A stretch of DNA of 64,000 nucleotides, from assembly GCA_043817315.1 (NCBI GenBank), contig JBDRGY010000016.1:69445-133444 (forward strand). The letters are read 5' to 3'. Under the pieces are notes generated by a model that saw only the letters and a program-made list of their open reading frames with translations, did no database searches and was not told the origin of the DNA. A program made the translations under genes and the position numbers. Of this stretch, positions 18,376 through 28,349 are shown piece by piece; position 1 is the first letter of the stretch, and each line of letters begins with the position of its first letter. This DNA is from Patescibacteria group bacterium (GTDB taxonomy: Bacteria > Patescibacteriota > Patescibacteriia > JBDRGY01).

Positions 18376-19162
18376 ATTCGATATTTATTTCTATTAATTC
18401 AATCTTTCTGCCCAACCAGCTCTGGGCAACGTTCTTATTCTTGGGTGTTATATCAGACACGTAAAACTGGTGTTCTGATCCCTTGATAGTGTTTTGGGCT
18501 ACTTTCTGGTTTTTGGCCAGAAACTCTTTGACTGCCTGGGCTGTTTCATGGGCCGGGTCAATAATGGTCACTCTCTTTCCCATGATTTGAGAGATCATTT
18601 CTTTCAACAAGGGATAGTGGGTACAACCCAGGATTAAAGTATCAATTTGTTTATTTTTTAACGGCTTTAGGTATTTCTTGGCAATCCTTTTAGTTTCTGG
18701 TTTAGTCAACCAATTTTCTTCGACTAAAGGCACTAGCAGTGGGCAAGCTACCGACATGACCTTTATTTTGCTGTCTTCCTGATTGATTAATCTTTCATAA
18801 ATACCTGAAGCAATGGTTGCTTGAGTACCGATAACCCCGACTCTTTTATTGGCGGTAGCGGCAATCGCCTTTCTAACGGCTGGGGTGATCACTTCAAAAA
18901 CGGGTAAGTAGAACTTCTGGCGCAGCTGATCATAAGCCACGGCCGAAGCCGTATTACAGGCAACAATTAATATTTTGGCGCCTTTTTGCACTAAAAATTC
19001 AGCATCCTGCTGGGCGTATTTAACAATCGTCTTGTCCCCTTTGGTGCCGTATGGAGTCCGGGCAGTATCACCAAAATAGGCAATTTGATAATCGGGTAGA
19101 ATATTAAAAACTTCTTTAACTACGGTTAGGCCTCCAATTCCTGAATCAAAAATGCCAATCAT
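18374..19162 (-). CDS. murI: Glutamate racemase
   Basis: MIGIFDSGIGGLTV N-terminus, conserved Cys motifs (VACNTAS, GCTHYP); 262 aa. Confidence 0.9.
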   Translation of the reverse strand: MIGIFDSGIGGLTVVKEVFNILPDYQIAYFGDTARTPYGTKGDKTIVKYAQQDAEFLVQKGAKILIVACNTASAVAYDQLRQKFYLPVFEVITPAVRKAIAATANKRVGVIGTQATIASGIYERLINQEDSKIKVMSVACPLLVPLVEENWLTKPETKRIAKKYLKPLKNKQIDTLILGCTHYPLLKEMISQIMGKRVTIIDPAHETAQAVKEFLAKNQKVAQNTIKGSEHQFYVSDITPKNKNVAQSWLGRKIELIEINIE

Positions 19163-19857
19163 AAGCTTGACTTTATTTTTTTGGTTAAACCTGATAACGC
19201 GAGCTGCACAGCCTTTTTACCTTCTTGTAACTTTATATTACTAACCGGATCGTAGCCATATAGTTGTTTCCAGAGGAGGTTATCATGTTTCATTATAATC
19301 TTTTTCTTCAGATCAGGACGCAGGGCAATTAAAAATGAAGCTTCTAGCTCATCAGCGTGTTTGGCGTTCCTGATTCTTTGTAAATATTGTACCACATTTG
19401 GCTTTATTATTTTTAGCTCCCCTCTTTTGTCGGGCATGCTTCTTAATATCTTTCTTTGAGTGACGCTCCAATGACCCGATAATAGCACCAAGACTCTAAA
19501 TCTTTGCAGCCTTATTTGATTAATGACTTCCAAAAGGGTCTTTTTAAACAACGTGGGGGTTAAGTAATATATACTGCCCGGCAACCGGTGGCCAAATTGA
19601 GCATCCATACCTTGGAATAATCTATTTTTTACTTTATGGGTAGTAGCTGTTCCAAAAAACAACGGCGGCATCACTGTCCCACCTGTTTTTTTAGCCACCT
19701 TTTTACAGATTTCGTAGGCAGTCAAGCCATCGGTCCCTAGGGGCAAGTGATCGCCGTGCCATTCAGTAGTTCCTAAGGGTAAAAAAATTATCGGTTTTTT
19801 GTCAACAATCCGCTCAAAATCTTCCAAAAAAATTTCTTCTAGTCGTACCGTGCCCAT
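19159..19857 (-). CDS. Creatininase-family amidohydrolase
   Basis: TTEWHGDHLPLGTD motif typical of the creatinine amidohydrolase family. A 4-nt overlap with murI suggests operon coupling. Confidence 0.6.
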   Translation of the reverse strand: MGTVRLEEIFLEDFERIVDKKPIIFLPLGTTEWHGDHLPLGTDGLTAYEICKKVAKKTGGTVMPPLFFGTATTHKVKNRLFQGMDAQFGHRLPGSIYYLTPTLFKKTLLEVINQIRLQRFRVLVLLSGHWSVTQRKILRSMPDKRGELKIIKPNVVQYLQRIRNAKHADELEASFLIALRPDLKKKIIMKHDNLLWKQLYGYDPVSNIKLQEGKKAVQLALSGLTKKIKSSL

Positions 19858-19860
19858 ACT

Positions 19861-20502
19861 CTATATTTTTTGAATTAAGTCTAATTTAATATCCGCTAAG
19901 CTATTAACTATGGCATCGGCCCGGTCAAATTTCATTTTGCGGTTTTGGGCGCTGCGGACCACGATACATTTCATGCCGGCCCGTTTGGCTGCCAACATGC
20001 CATTAACTGAATCTTCCAAAACCAGACAATCGGCCGGCCTGACTCCCAGCTTCCTGGCGATAATTTTGTACACTTCGGGATGAGGTTTACCTTTTTTGAC
20101 CATTTCAGCAGTAACTTTTCCATGAAAAAAGGTGAGCAGTTTGTGTTTCTTCAACAGAAATCGTACATTTGCCCGATTGGCAGAAGTGGCCAATCCTCTT
20201 TTCCAGTCTTGTTTTAGAATTACCTTTTTTAATTTGGCGAAACCGGGCATCAGTTTTATACTATGGGCCCGATCCAAGAATTGCCTAGTCATCTTTCGAA
20301 GCATTGTAGGAAGTGGGTCTTGGATTTTATACCTTTTCTTAATAATTTTCAAGATGTCCACATTTCTCAGACCTAAAAAAATACCAGTATCTCCTTTGAA
20401 GGTAACGCCGTATTCTTTCATCAGGGCTAGCGTTGTTCTCTTGGCCACTGGCTCTGAATCAATCAGCAATCCGTCCATATCAAAAATTATCGCTTTGATC
20501 AT
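19861..20502 (-). CDS. HAD-superfamily hydrolase (beta-phosphoglucomutase-like)
   Basis: DxD motif in MIKAIIFDMDGLLIDSE, plus later HAD motifs (KRGLATSA, GKPHPE, LEDSVNG). Confidence 0.75.
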   Translation of the reverse strand: MIKAIIFDMDGLLIDSEPVAKRTTLALMKEYGVTFKGDTGIFLGLRNVDILKIIKKRYKIQDPLPTMLRKMTRQFLDRAHSIKLMPGFAKLKKVILKQDWKRGLATSANRANVRFLLKKHKLLTFFHGKVTAEMVKKGKPHPEVYKIIARKLGVRPADCLVLEDSVNGMLAAKRAGMKCIVVRSAQNRKMKFDRADAIVNSLADIKLDLIQKI

Positions 20503-21854
20503 TTATTGAGACTTTCTACCAGATCAACTAGTTTATTAAAGTTTTTATCAAAAATCTCTTTGGTGTCAGCCTCGGCCGTTACCCTTAAAAGAGGTTCTGT
20601 ATTGGAGGGCCGTACATTAAACCACCAATCGGGGTATGTTATGGTAACTCCGTCCAGTTCATCAATTTGGCCATCATTATATTCCCTCTTAATGGCCTCA
20701 ATAGTTTTGGCGGATTCTTCTACGGGCAAATTGTGTTCGTCGGCCTTGTAATAAGTGGTAAACCCTTGGATCAGCTCTGATAGTGGCTTGTTCTCTTCTG
20801 AGATTATCTGACAACCAATCAACATGGAAATCATCCCGGAATCAGAGAAATAGTTACCCTTGAATGCATAATGAGCGGATAATTCTCCTCCCAAGGGACA
20901 ATCATGTTCAATCATTTTATCCCTGACAAAGGCATACCCCACTCGACAGCGGTAGGCCTGGCCACCCCATTCCTTTACTTTTTCTGCTACTGCCTTGCTA
21001 CAGACTGCGTTGTAAACGATGCCTGCTCCTGGGTTTTTCTTGAGAAAGTATTCAGCCAGCAGAATCAAAGTCATGTCGGCCGGTATGAATTGTCCTTTCT
21101 CGTCAACCAAGAACAGTCTGTCAGTATCCCCGTCAAAGATCAGTCCAAAATCAGCCTGCTCTCGTACCACTGCCTCAGTTATCTGACTACGACTTTCTGG
21201 TAAAAGTGGGTTGGAAGGGTGGGCCGGGAAGTTGCCGTCTAATTCAAAGTTTAGGGGGATGATATGGCCAGGCAATCGTTGGGCTATCTTGGGGATGATT
21301 TTACCGGCCATACCGTTACCTGCATCAACCACTATCTTGAATGGTTTAATCGTGCTCAGGTCAACAAAACTGAAAATATGTTTGAGAAATTCGGGATAGA
21401 CTTCTTTCTGGTCTACCTTGCCTACTGCCGACTGTCGACTGGTATCAACCGTAAATTCTTTAAGGTCCTGGCCCTTGACCACACTGCCGTCTTCTCTGAC
21501 CATCTTGAAACCGTTATACTCTTTGGGGTTGTGAGAGGCAGTAACCATGATACCACCGTCGTATTTATAAAAGCCTCTGGCAAAATAAACCATATCAACC
21601 GGCACCAGGCCGATGTCATCCACCATGACACCTTGCGAGGTCAGCCCTTTAACCAGATGGTAAAAAAGGCCCTCTGAAGATAGTCGCATGTCTCTTCCCA
21701 CCACCACTCGTTTAGCTCCAGTTAACTGAGCATAGGCCTGCCCCACCCAAAAAGCCACCTTTTCATTCACTTGATCAGGAAAAGTACCTCTGATGTCGTA
21801 AGCTTTAAAAATTTTAGGGTTAAACTGCGCCATTACTTCTTGGTCCTTTGCCAT
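20499..21854 (-). CDS. Phosphoglucomutase / phosphomannomutase family protein
   Basis: Active-site Ser motif TASHNPKEYNGFK, metal-binding FDGDTDR, 451 aa. Overlaps the HAD gene by 4 nt. Confidence 0.85.
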   Translation of the reverse strand: MAKDQEVMAQFNPKIFKAYDIRGTFPDQVNEKVAFWVGQAYAQLTGAKRVVVGRDMRLSSEGLFYHLVKGLTSQGVMVDDIGLVPVDMVYFARGFYKYDGGIMVTASHNPKEYNGFKMVREDGSVVKGQDLKEFTVDTSRQSAVGKVDQKEVYPEFLKHIFSFVDLSTIKPFKIVVDAGNGMAGKIIPKIAQRLPGHIIPLNFELDGNFPAHPSNPLLPESRSQITEAVVREQADFGLIFDGDTDRLFLVDEKGQFIPADMTLILLAEYFLKKNPGAGIVYNAVCSKAVAEKVKEWGGQAYRCRVGYAFVRDKMIEHDCPLGGELSAHYAFKGNYFSDSGMISMLIGCQIISEENKPLSELIQGFTTYYKADEHNLPVEESAKTIEAIKREYNDGQIDELDGVTITYPDWWFNVRPSNTEPLLRVTAEADTKEIFDKNFNKLVDLVESLNK

Positions 21855-22984
21855 TTTATTTTTTTGAGTAATTCAGCCATGGCGCCCAATATCCAGATCA
21901 CAGCCACCAAGTGTACCAGCCATCCGATTACTGGGATGCTAACTAATATCAGGTAGAGAAATACTCCCATAATCATGGCCCAGGTTAAAGACACTTCTTT
22001 GTCCTTATTAATACTTTGCAACACCTTTTTTCCAATCAACAATCCGGCGAATATTTGAGTTAGATATAGTACAATTCCATAGAGAAGTCCCGCTATTAGC
22101 GCCAGGGGAATCCCAATAACAGTCAGCAGCAACAAGAAAAGGATAATGGGAATAACTATTAGGTAGACAAGCCCCCAGCCCATGTAAACTGCTGGCTTCT
22201 TCAACATTTCCTCTGTAATTGCATACAATTTCTTGTGGAATAAGGCAATTAACACCAGGCCAACCACCAATAGGCCGAACAGTCGAACTAGCTTGAAAAA
22301 GAAATAAAACCCAGCCCCCCAACCAGCCAGGGCTTTCCAGCTGATACTAGGAAGCTTCTGAACCACGAATTCTTTTTCACCTACAGTGGCCCCTGACTTC
22401 AGAGTCAGTTGGCTGGCCGTCTCACCTTTATAAGTCAGGGTGCCTATAATTTCTGATTCTTCATAGAGGGTTAAGTTTCCGTCATTACTCAAATGAATAG
22501 TGGAGTCTCCTCCCACTTGACCGTAGATTTTGAAATTAACAGCTCCTCCGTCCAGGTGGCCCCCGATTTGGCCGCGCTGGTTGACAGTGGAACCAAAGAT
22601 CAAAGCCGACCAGGCCACACTGGCTTTCTCGCTGATATTTATAGTGTTACCAAAAGCAATTAAATTTTTTCCGACGTTAGCGTCAATTTCCACGTTGTTG
22701 CCAGCCACCCTGACATTGCCCTCGACGCTGCCGGTTATTCTGATGTTATTACCGGCAGCAATAACATCACCCCCCACTCTGCCGGAGATTGTGATTTCGT
22801 TAGCGGCCACAATAACATCACCATCCACTCGCCCCTCGATGGTTACGGTCTGGGCAGCTCTGATTAAGTTGCGGTCCACCACTTCGTTTTTACTTACTGT
22901 CACTTCGGCCTGATAACTCTGGGCCAGAGCTATGGCCGGAATGGTTATAAAGACTGCTAGCGTAAGAAAGATAATTTTCTTCAT
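21833..22984 (-). CDS. Secreted/membrane protein with bactofilin-like (polymer-forming) right-handed beta-helix repeats and a C-terminal polytopic membrane domain
   Basis: Signal peptide, then repeated G-x-V-x-G-D/N-V motifs (GRVDGDVIVAANEITISGRVGGDVIAAGNNIRITGSVEGNVRVAGNNVEID), then about 5 TM helices. Confidence 0.55.
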   Translation of the reverse strand: MKKIIFLTLAVFITIPAIALAQSYQAEVTVSKNEVVDRNLIRAAQTVTIEGRVDGDVIVAANEITISGRVGGDVIAAGNNIRITGSVEGNVRVAGNNVEIDANVGKNLIAFGNTINISEKASVAWSALIFGSTVNQRGQIGGHLDGGAVNFKIYGQVGGDSTIHLSNDGNLTLYEESEIIGTLTYKGETASQLTLKSGATVGEKEFVVQKLPSISWKALAGWGAGFYFFFKLVRLFGLLVVGLVLIALFHKKLYAITEEMLKKPAVYMGWGLVYLIVIPIILFLLLLTVIGIPLALIAGLLYGIVLYLTQIFAGLLIGKKVLQSINKDKEVSLTWAMIMGVFLYLILVSIPVIGWLVHLVAVIWILGAMAELLKKIKWQRTKK

Positions 22985-23043
22985 TGTTCTAAAAAATTAA
23001 TAATTGTCTTAATCATAATAGCATCAACGGGCGGATTTTTCAA

Positions 23044-23763
23044 TCACTGTTTTTGGGCAATCAAACAAAGGTTGTAGGCCTGTTTTTGGTCTGTTTTTTT
23101 GCCTTTCTTGGCGTAAAAAGATTCGATTATCTTGAATTTTTCCGAGCTTACCAATCGTTCTAATTCTACCTGGCCAAAACCGTGTAAATAGCGTTTGGTC
23201 AGAACCTCTCCTTGGGGATTTTTCCAAGGCCTAAAAACGTCTTTTATTTCTTCAGCTTCCCTTCTAATAATATCGTCTGCTGGCAAATTTCTCAGTTGCT
23301 CATTCATCTTGGCCTGAGCAAGGTTCCAGACAGTAATCATTAAATAGCCGCCTGGTTTCAAAACCCGGTAAAAATCTTTAATTACCTGGCCACGGTATCC
23401 CGTCGAGGGAACGTGATGCAGAGTAGCAACTGATAATAAGACATTAAATTGTTGATCAGCTAAGGGCAGGGATAAAATGTCACCAACTTTAAACTTAACT
23501 TTGGGATATTTGCCCTGGGCCTTTCTAATTAGTCTGGGGCTAATGTCGACGCCCGTATAGCTGATCCCCAACCCCTGCAAACTATCATAGAGGCGACCGT
23601 TACCACAGCCGGCATCTAACACTTTATCTCCGGATTTGATATACTTTTTAAAGATAGCAAACTCCGACCAGTCTCGATAACGAGTTTGGCTAAAATGATC
23701 AGCAATAGTTTCATAGTTGTCTTTAACCTGTTTCAAAATTTTATCGGCTTGTCGTTTATCCAT
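23044..23763 (-). CDS. Class I SAM-dependent methyltransferase
   Basis: Motif I VLDAGCGNGRL. Start trimmed to MDKRQADK (ATG at 23763) to avoid overlapping the divergent gene. Confidence 0.65.
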   Translation of the reverse strand: MDKRQADKILKQVKDNYETIADHFSQTRYRDWSEFAIFKKYIKSGDKVLDAGCGNGRLYDSLQGLGISYTGVDISPRLIRKAQGKYPKVKFKVGDILSLPLADQQFNVLLSVATLHHVPSTGYRGQVIKDFYRVLKPGGYLMITVWNLAQAKMNEQLRNLPADDIIRREAEEIKDVFRPWKNPQGEVLTKRYLHGFGQVELERLVSSEKFKIIESFYAKKGKKTDQKQAYNLCLIAQKQ

Positions 23764-25326
23764 ATGACCCAGAATCAAATAATCGAAAAGTTGGTTAGAA
23801 AAGCAATTAGAGATAAAGTTGGCGATCAAGCTCAACTAAAATTGCTCAAGTATTATATTTCTAAAAAATATAAGGTTCCCCTTATCACCAATGTCTCTAT
23901 TTTACAGGTTTATCGGCAAATGCTCAAAGCCAAAAGGATAAAGAAATCAGTAAAGCTGGAACGAGCCCTAAAGATAAGAAGTATTCGCACCCTGTCTGGT
24001 GTTGCCGTAGTTGCCGTCCTAACCAAGCCCTATCCCTGCCCGGGACGTTGTGCCTACTGCCCAACTGAAAACAAAATGCCCAAATCATACCTTTCTAATG
24101 AGCCAGCAGTAATGCGAGCAGTGCTTAATCACTTCGATCCTTTCAGGCAGGTTAAGATGAGGATCAAAGCTTTGCAGAATAACGGTCATCCTACTGATAA
24201 AATCGAATTAATCGTTATCGGCGGTACTTGGTCCTATTTACCGGATAAATATCAAACTAGGTTTATAAAAAGATGTTTCGATGCTTGTAATAATTCTCCA
24301 AGCAAAACTTTGATTCAAGCTCAGCAGAAAAACGAAAAAGCCCAGCATCGGATTATCGGACTGACTTTAGAGACCAGACCGGATTACATCGACGCCGAAG
24401 AAATTGCCAAGATGAGAAAATATGGTTGTACTCGGGTAGAAATTGGTATTCAGCATTTGGACGATAAGGTTTTAAAGCTTAACCGCCGAGGGCACGGAAT
24501 AAAAGAGAGCGTTAAGGCTACCCAGTTGCTGAAAGATGCTGGTTTTAAAATCTGCTACCACTTAATGCCTAACTTGCCCGGCTCTACTCCTCAAAAGGAT
24601 TTTACGATGATAAAGAAGGTGTTTTCTGATTCTCGTTTCCGACCAGACATGGTTAAGATTTATCCTTGTTTAGTTACCAAAAACTCTCTGCTCTACACTT
24701 GGTACAAAAAAGGCCAGCACCAGCCATATTCTGACAAACAACTAGCCAACTTGCTAATCAAAGTAAAAGAACAGGTCATCCCCCATTACGTTCGGATCAA
24801 TCGCTTAATCCGCGATATCCCAACCGCCAGCATTGTGGCCGGTAATAAAGTTACCAACTTACGGCAACTGCTGCATAGGCAGGGGGTCAACTGTAAATGT
24901 ATTCGCTGCCGGGAAGCTAGATCTAAAAAGATTGACCCTAAAAATCTTAAACTATTCATCGATAAGTATGCGGCCTCCGAGGGTACTGAATACTTTTTGA
25001 GTTATGAAGATAAAAAACGACAAACTTTATACGCCTTTCTGCGCTTACGCATTCCTTCCCGGCAAAAACCGGTCTTCGATGTCTTTATAAATGCAGCCAT
25101 TGTCCGCGAAATACATACTTATGGCCAACTGATTCCGCTGCAGGGTAAAAGGACCGCCGTGCAACACACTGGCCTGGGTAAAAAGTTGATGGCCGAGGGA
25201 GCAAAACTCGCCAAAAAGCATAAAGTTAAACAAATTGCTGTCATTTCCGGAGTGGGAGTTAGAGAATATTATCGTAAATTGGGCTATCGGCTTCAGGACA
25301 GCTACATGGTTAAGAATCTTGTCTAG
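23764..25326 (+). CDS. Elp3-like radical-SAM + GNAT acetyltransferase (tRNA wobble-uridine modification family)
   Basis: IRTLSGVAVVAVLTKPYPCPGRCAYCP (radical SAM Cys cluster region) and a C-terminal GNAT-like segment; about 520 aa, as for Elp3. Start set at MTQNQII (23764); the track ORF start at 23686 would overlap the divergent methyltransferase. Confidence 0.6.
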   Translation: MTQNQIIEKLVRKAIRDKVGDQAQLKLLKYYISKKYKVPLITNVSILQVYRQMLKAKRIKKSVKLERALKIRSIRTLSGVAVVAVLTKPYPCPGRCAYCPTENKMPKSYLSNEPAVMRAVLNHFDPFRQVKMRIKALQNNGHPTDKIELIVIGGTWSYLPDKYQTRFIKRCFDACNNSPSKTLIQAQQKNEKAQHRIIGLTLETRPDYIDAEEIAKMRKYGCTRVEIGIQHLDDKVLKLNRRGHGIKESVKATQLLKDAGFKICYHLMPNLPGSTPQKDFTMIKKVFSDSRFRPDMVKIYPCLVTKNSLLYTWYKKGQHQPYSDKQLANLLIKVKEQVIPHYVRINRLIRDIPTASIVAGNKVTNLRQLLHRQGVNCKCIRCREARSKKIDPKNLKLFIDKYAASEGTEYFLSYEDKKRQTLYAFLRLRIPSRQKPVFDVFINAAIVREIHTYGQLIPLQGKRTAVQHTGLGKKLMAEGAKLAKKHKVKQIAVISGVGVREYYRKLGYRLQDSYMVKNLV

Positions 25327-25369
25327 GCAACATTATTGGCCATTCGTCAAGACTGTTGCGATTTTTTTT
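25327..25369 (+). terminator. Intrinsic terminator after the Elp3-like gene
   Basis: GCAACA...UGUUGC stem followed by GAUUUUUUUU. Confidence 0.5.
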
Positions 25370-25387
25370 ATGTGATAGAATTAATTT

Positions 25388-25771
25388 ATGAAATGTGAAA
25401 TTGTTTCTGGGCCAGTCATCGTTGAAAAAGATAAAGTACTGTTGGTTAAAGAGGGCAATGATAGAATCTGGAAATTCCCGGGAGGTAAAGTAAAAAGCGG
25501 TGAAAGCTTGGAGGAAACTTGTCGCAGAGAGGTTAAAGAAGAACTGGGTGTTAATTTGAAAATCATTAAACCGCTAAAGCCGCTACTGGTTTACCGAAAG
25601 GCCAAGACTATTTTTTCTATTACCTATCTGGCTAAACGCCTGGGCAAAATAAAACCGGGTCAACAGATCAAAGAATATAAATGGTTTGATTTAAACAAAC
25701 TACCCCCCGAAGCTGGTGAAAATATTAAACCAGTAATCAAGGCCTACATAAAACATGCAAAAACTAAATAA
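25388..25771 (+). CDS. NUDIX hydrolase
   Basis: Nudix box GGKVKSGESLEETCRREVKEELGV. Confidence 0.8.
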   Translation: MKCEIVSGPVIVEKDKVLLVKEGNDRIWKFPGGKVKSGESLEETCRREVKEELGVNLKIIKPLKPLLVYRKAKTIFSITYLAKRLGKIKPGQQIKEYKWFDLNKLPPEAGENIKPVIKAYIKHAKTK

Positions 25772-26999
25772 ACAAGACCCTAAAGTAGCCGAAGCCATCA
25801 AGGCAGAGATAAGGCGCCAAAGAGAAGGTCTTGAACTAATTCCTTCAGAAAACTTTGTGTCCCTGGCTGTTTTAGAGGCTTTAGGCAGTGTCTTGACCAA
25901 TAAATATTCAGAGGGTTATCCGGGCAAAAGATATTACGGCGGGACGGCCAATGTCGATACCACTGAACAGTTGGCCATTGATCGGGCCAAACAATTATTC
26001 GGCGCCGAGCACGTTAACGTCCAGCCCCTATCCGGAGCTCCGGCCAATGTAGCGGTTTATTCTGCTGTTTTAAAACCAGGTGATACTGTCTTGGGAATGG
26101 ATTTGTCCCACGGGGGACATTTAACCCATGGTCATCCCATTACCTGGATGGCGCAGATTTTTAACTTTGTTCGCTACAAAACCAAAGAAGACGGTCAGAT
26201 TGATTACGATCAAGTCCGGCAAATGGCCCAAGAATATAAGCCCAAGATTGTCCTTTGCGGCTATTCTGCCTACTCCCGTGATCTGGATTATCAGAAATTT
26301 AAAGCCATCGCTGACGAAGTGGGTGCCCTGACCATGGCCGATGTAGCCCATATTGCCGGTTTAATTGCCGCTGATGAGATGAACGATCCGGTTCCTTACT
26401 TTGACATTATTACCACTACTACCCACAAAACTTTGCGCGGACCGCGGGGCGGCATGATTATGTGCAAAAAGGAATTGGCTGCCCAGATTGATAAAGCTGT
26501 TTTTCCCGGTTTTCAGGGTGGGCCCCATGAACACAATATTGCCGCTAAAGCCGTGGCCTTTGGTGAAGACCTTAAGCCGGAATTTAAAGAATATATAAAG
26601 CAAGTTAAACAGAACGCCAAGGCATTGTGTGACACCTTAAAAGAAGAAGGCTTTAAGATCTGCTTTGGTGATACGGAGAATCATTTGATTTTAACTGATG
26701 TTACCCCCCTGGGCTTGGCTGGCAAGCAGGCCCAGGAGTTACTCGATGAGGTCAAAATAACCTGCAATAAGAATATGATTCCTGATGATAAAAGAAAGCC
26801 CCTAGACCCCTCTGGAATCCGCTTGGGCAGTCCAGCCCTTACTACCAGGGGGTTTCAAGAAAATGATATGAACATTATCGGGCAATTAATTGCCAAAAGG
26901 TTAAAAAACCCCGATAATGAAAGTGTTAAACAAGAGGTTTTAGATAAAGTTAAGGAACTTACTGATCAATATCCCCTTTATCCGGAATTAGCCATATAA
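25755..26999 (+). CDS. glyA: Serine hydroxymethyltransferase
   Basis: PLP-lysine region TTTTHKTLRGPRGG; 414 aa. Confidence 0.9.
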   Translation: MQKLNKQDPKVAEAIKAEIRRQREGLELIPSENFVSLAVLEALGSVLTNKYSEGYPGKRYYGGTANVDTTEQLAIDRAKQLFGAEHVNVQPLSGAPANVAVYSAVLKPGDTVLGMDLSHGGHLTHGHPITWMAQIFNFVRYKTKEDGQIDYDQVRQMAQEYKPKIVLCGYSAYSRDLDYQKFKAIADEVGALTMADVAHIAGLIAADEMNDPVPYFDIITTTTHKTLRGPRGGMIMCKKELAAQIDKAVFPGFQGGPHEHNIAAKAVAFGEDLKPEFKEYIKQVKQNAKALCDTLKEEGFKICFGDTENHLILTDVTPLGLAGKQAQELLDEVKITCNKNMIPDDKRKPLDPSGIRLGSPALTTRGFQENDMNIIGQLIAKRLKNPDNESVKQEVLDKVKELTDQYPLYPELAI

Positions 27000-27001
27000 T
27001 T

Positions 27002-27841
27002 ATGCCAGAAATTATCGACGGCAAAAAAATTTCCCAAACTATTCTCAGGGAACTAAAAAAGAAAGTTAGCCAACTGGGAGCCCAGCCCGGTTTAGCCGTC
27101 ATTTTAGTGGGTAATGATAAATCCTCGGAGCTTTACGTGTCTCTCAAAGAAAAGGCTTGTCAAAGAGCAGGCATTCATTTTGTTAAACACCTTTTTGCCA
27201 AAAACACCAAGCAGTCAGAGATTATTAAGAAAATCAAAGAGTTAAATCAAGATAAAGGTATCCACGGCATTTTGGTTCAACTACCACTACCCCGGCAGTT
27301 AAACGAAAACCATATTATTGAGGCTATTGATCCTGACAAAGACGTCGACGGCTTTCACCCGGTTAATCTGTACAATTTAATAACTGACGATTTAGATGAC
27401 CGGCTTATTCCTTGTGTGGCCCAGGGTGTAATGAAACTACTGGAAACTACACAGCAGCCGTTAATTAATAAAAAGGCAGTAATCGTTTCCAATTCTCAAA
27501 TCTTCGCCATTCCAATTCTGCAACTGCTACATCGTGAGGGTATTTATGCAATCCGAGTGGCCCCTGACGATCCTCACCTGTCGTTTGAAACTGCCAGAGG
27601 CGATATCTTAATCGTCGCAGTGGGCCAGCCCAACTTTATAAAATCAGACATGATCCGATTTGGTGCCACCATTATTGATGTGGGTTGCAATAGGTTTGAT
27701 AATAGAACCAGTGGGGATGTGGACTTTGAAAATACAAAAAATCAGGCTACTTATATCACACCCGTCCCCGGTGGAGTCGGCCCCATGACCATTGCCTTGC
27801 TGTTAACTAATGTGGTGGCTGCTTTTGACCGCCAAAATTAA
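27002..27841 (+). CDS. folD: Bifunctional methylenetetrahydrofolate dehydrogenase / methenyl-THF cyclohydrolase
   Basis: FolD motifs (VILVGNDKSSELYV, TPVPGGVGPMT); 279 aa; 2 nt after glyA. Confidence 0.85.
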   Translation: MPEIIDGKKISQTILRELKKKVSQLGAQPGLAVILVGNDKSSELYVSLKEKACQRAGIHFVKHLFAKNTKQSEIIKKIKELNQDKGIHGILVQLPLPRQLNENHIIEAIDPDKDVDGFHPVNLYNLITDDLDDRLIPCVAQGVMKLLETTQQPLINKKAVIVSNSQIFAIPILQLLHREGIYAIRVAPDDPHLSFETARGDILIVAVGQPNFIKSDMIRFGATIIDVGCNRFDNRTSGDVDFENTKNQATYITPVPGGVGPMTIALLLTNVVAAFDRQN

Positions 27842-27843
27842 GC

Positions 27844-27882
27844 AATAATAAAACTTACTTTAATCAAGTAAGTTTTATTATT
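27844..27882. terminator. Bidirectional terminator (perfect 17-bp palindrome) between folD and the PIN gene
   Basis: AATAATAAAACTTACTT-taatca-AGTAAGTTTTATTATT. Confidence 0.6.
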
Positions 27883-27884
27883 AA

Positions 27885-28289
27885 CTATTTCTTCTTTACC
27901 ATTCTCAAGAAATCTTTGGGTGTGACAATCTCAGTGCGAAAAAACTTCTGCAGTTTCAATAGATTTTTATCTTCGGTCACTAAATAATCAGCTTGTGAGG
28001 CTAAGGCACATTGGATGTACTTAGCGCTGGCAGCGTTCATTTTAACCTCGACAATGTCATAATCTGCCTTGATAATCTCGGCAATGGCGAAATAGTCTTC
28101 CAAGACATCCTGCCATTCCGGTTCAACATCCTTTTTTCCCAATAAATCAACACACTCTTTAAGCACATTTTGACTAATAACAGGCTGCCAATCACCAGCC
28201 AGACACTGCTCAACTATTTTATTAACAGGACCAGTCTTTTTCTGGATTTTTTTGATTAATAGGTCACTATCGAATATTAGCTTCTTCAT
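27885..28289 (-). CDS. PIN-domain protein (putative toxin-type ribonuclease), no adjacent antitoxin
   Basis: 134 aa; acidic residues at PIN-like positions (IFDSDLLI..., LVTEDKNLL). Confidence 0.45.
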   Translation of the reverse strand: MKKLIFDSDLLIKKIQKKTGPVNKIVEQCLAGDWQPVISQNVLKECVDLLGKKDVEPEWQDVLEDYFAIAEIIKADYDIVEVKMNAASAKYIQCALASQADYLVTEDKNLLKLQKFFRTEIVTPKDFLRMVKKK

Positions 28290-28349
28290 ACCTCAATTAT
28301 ATACCGCCTGATTTAAAAATCAAACTTATTCTGGTAGAATAAAAGCATT

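Noticed and set aside
23686-23763. Upstream extension of the Elp3-like ORF (track start at 23686)
   Set aside because: It would overlap the divergent methyltransferase coding region by 78 nt or more. The internal Met at 23764 gives an Elp3-like N-terminal length.
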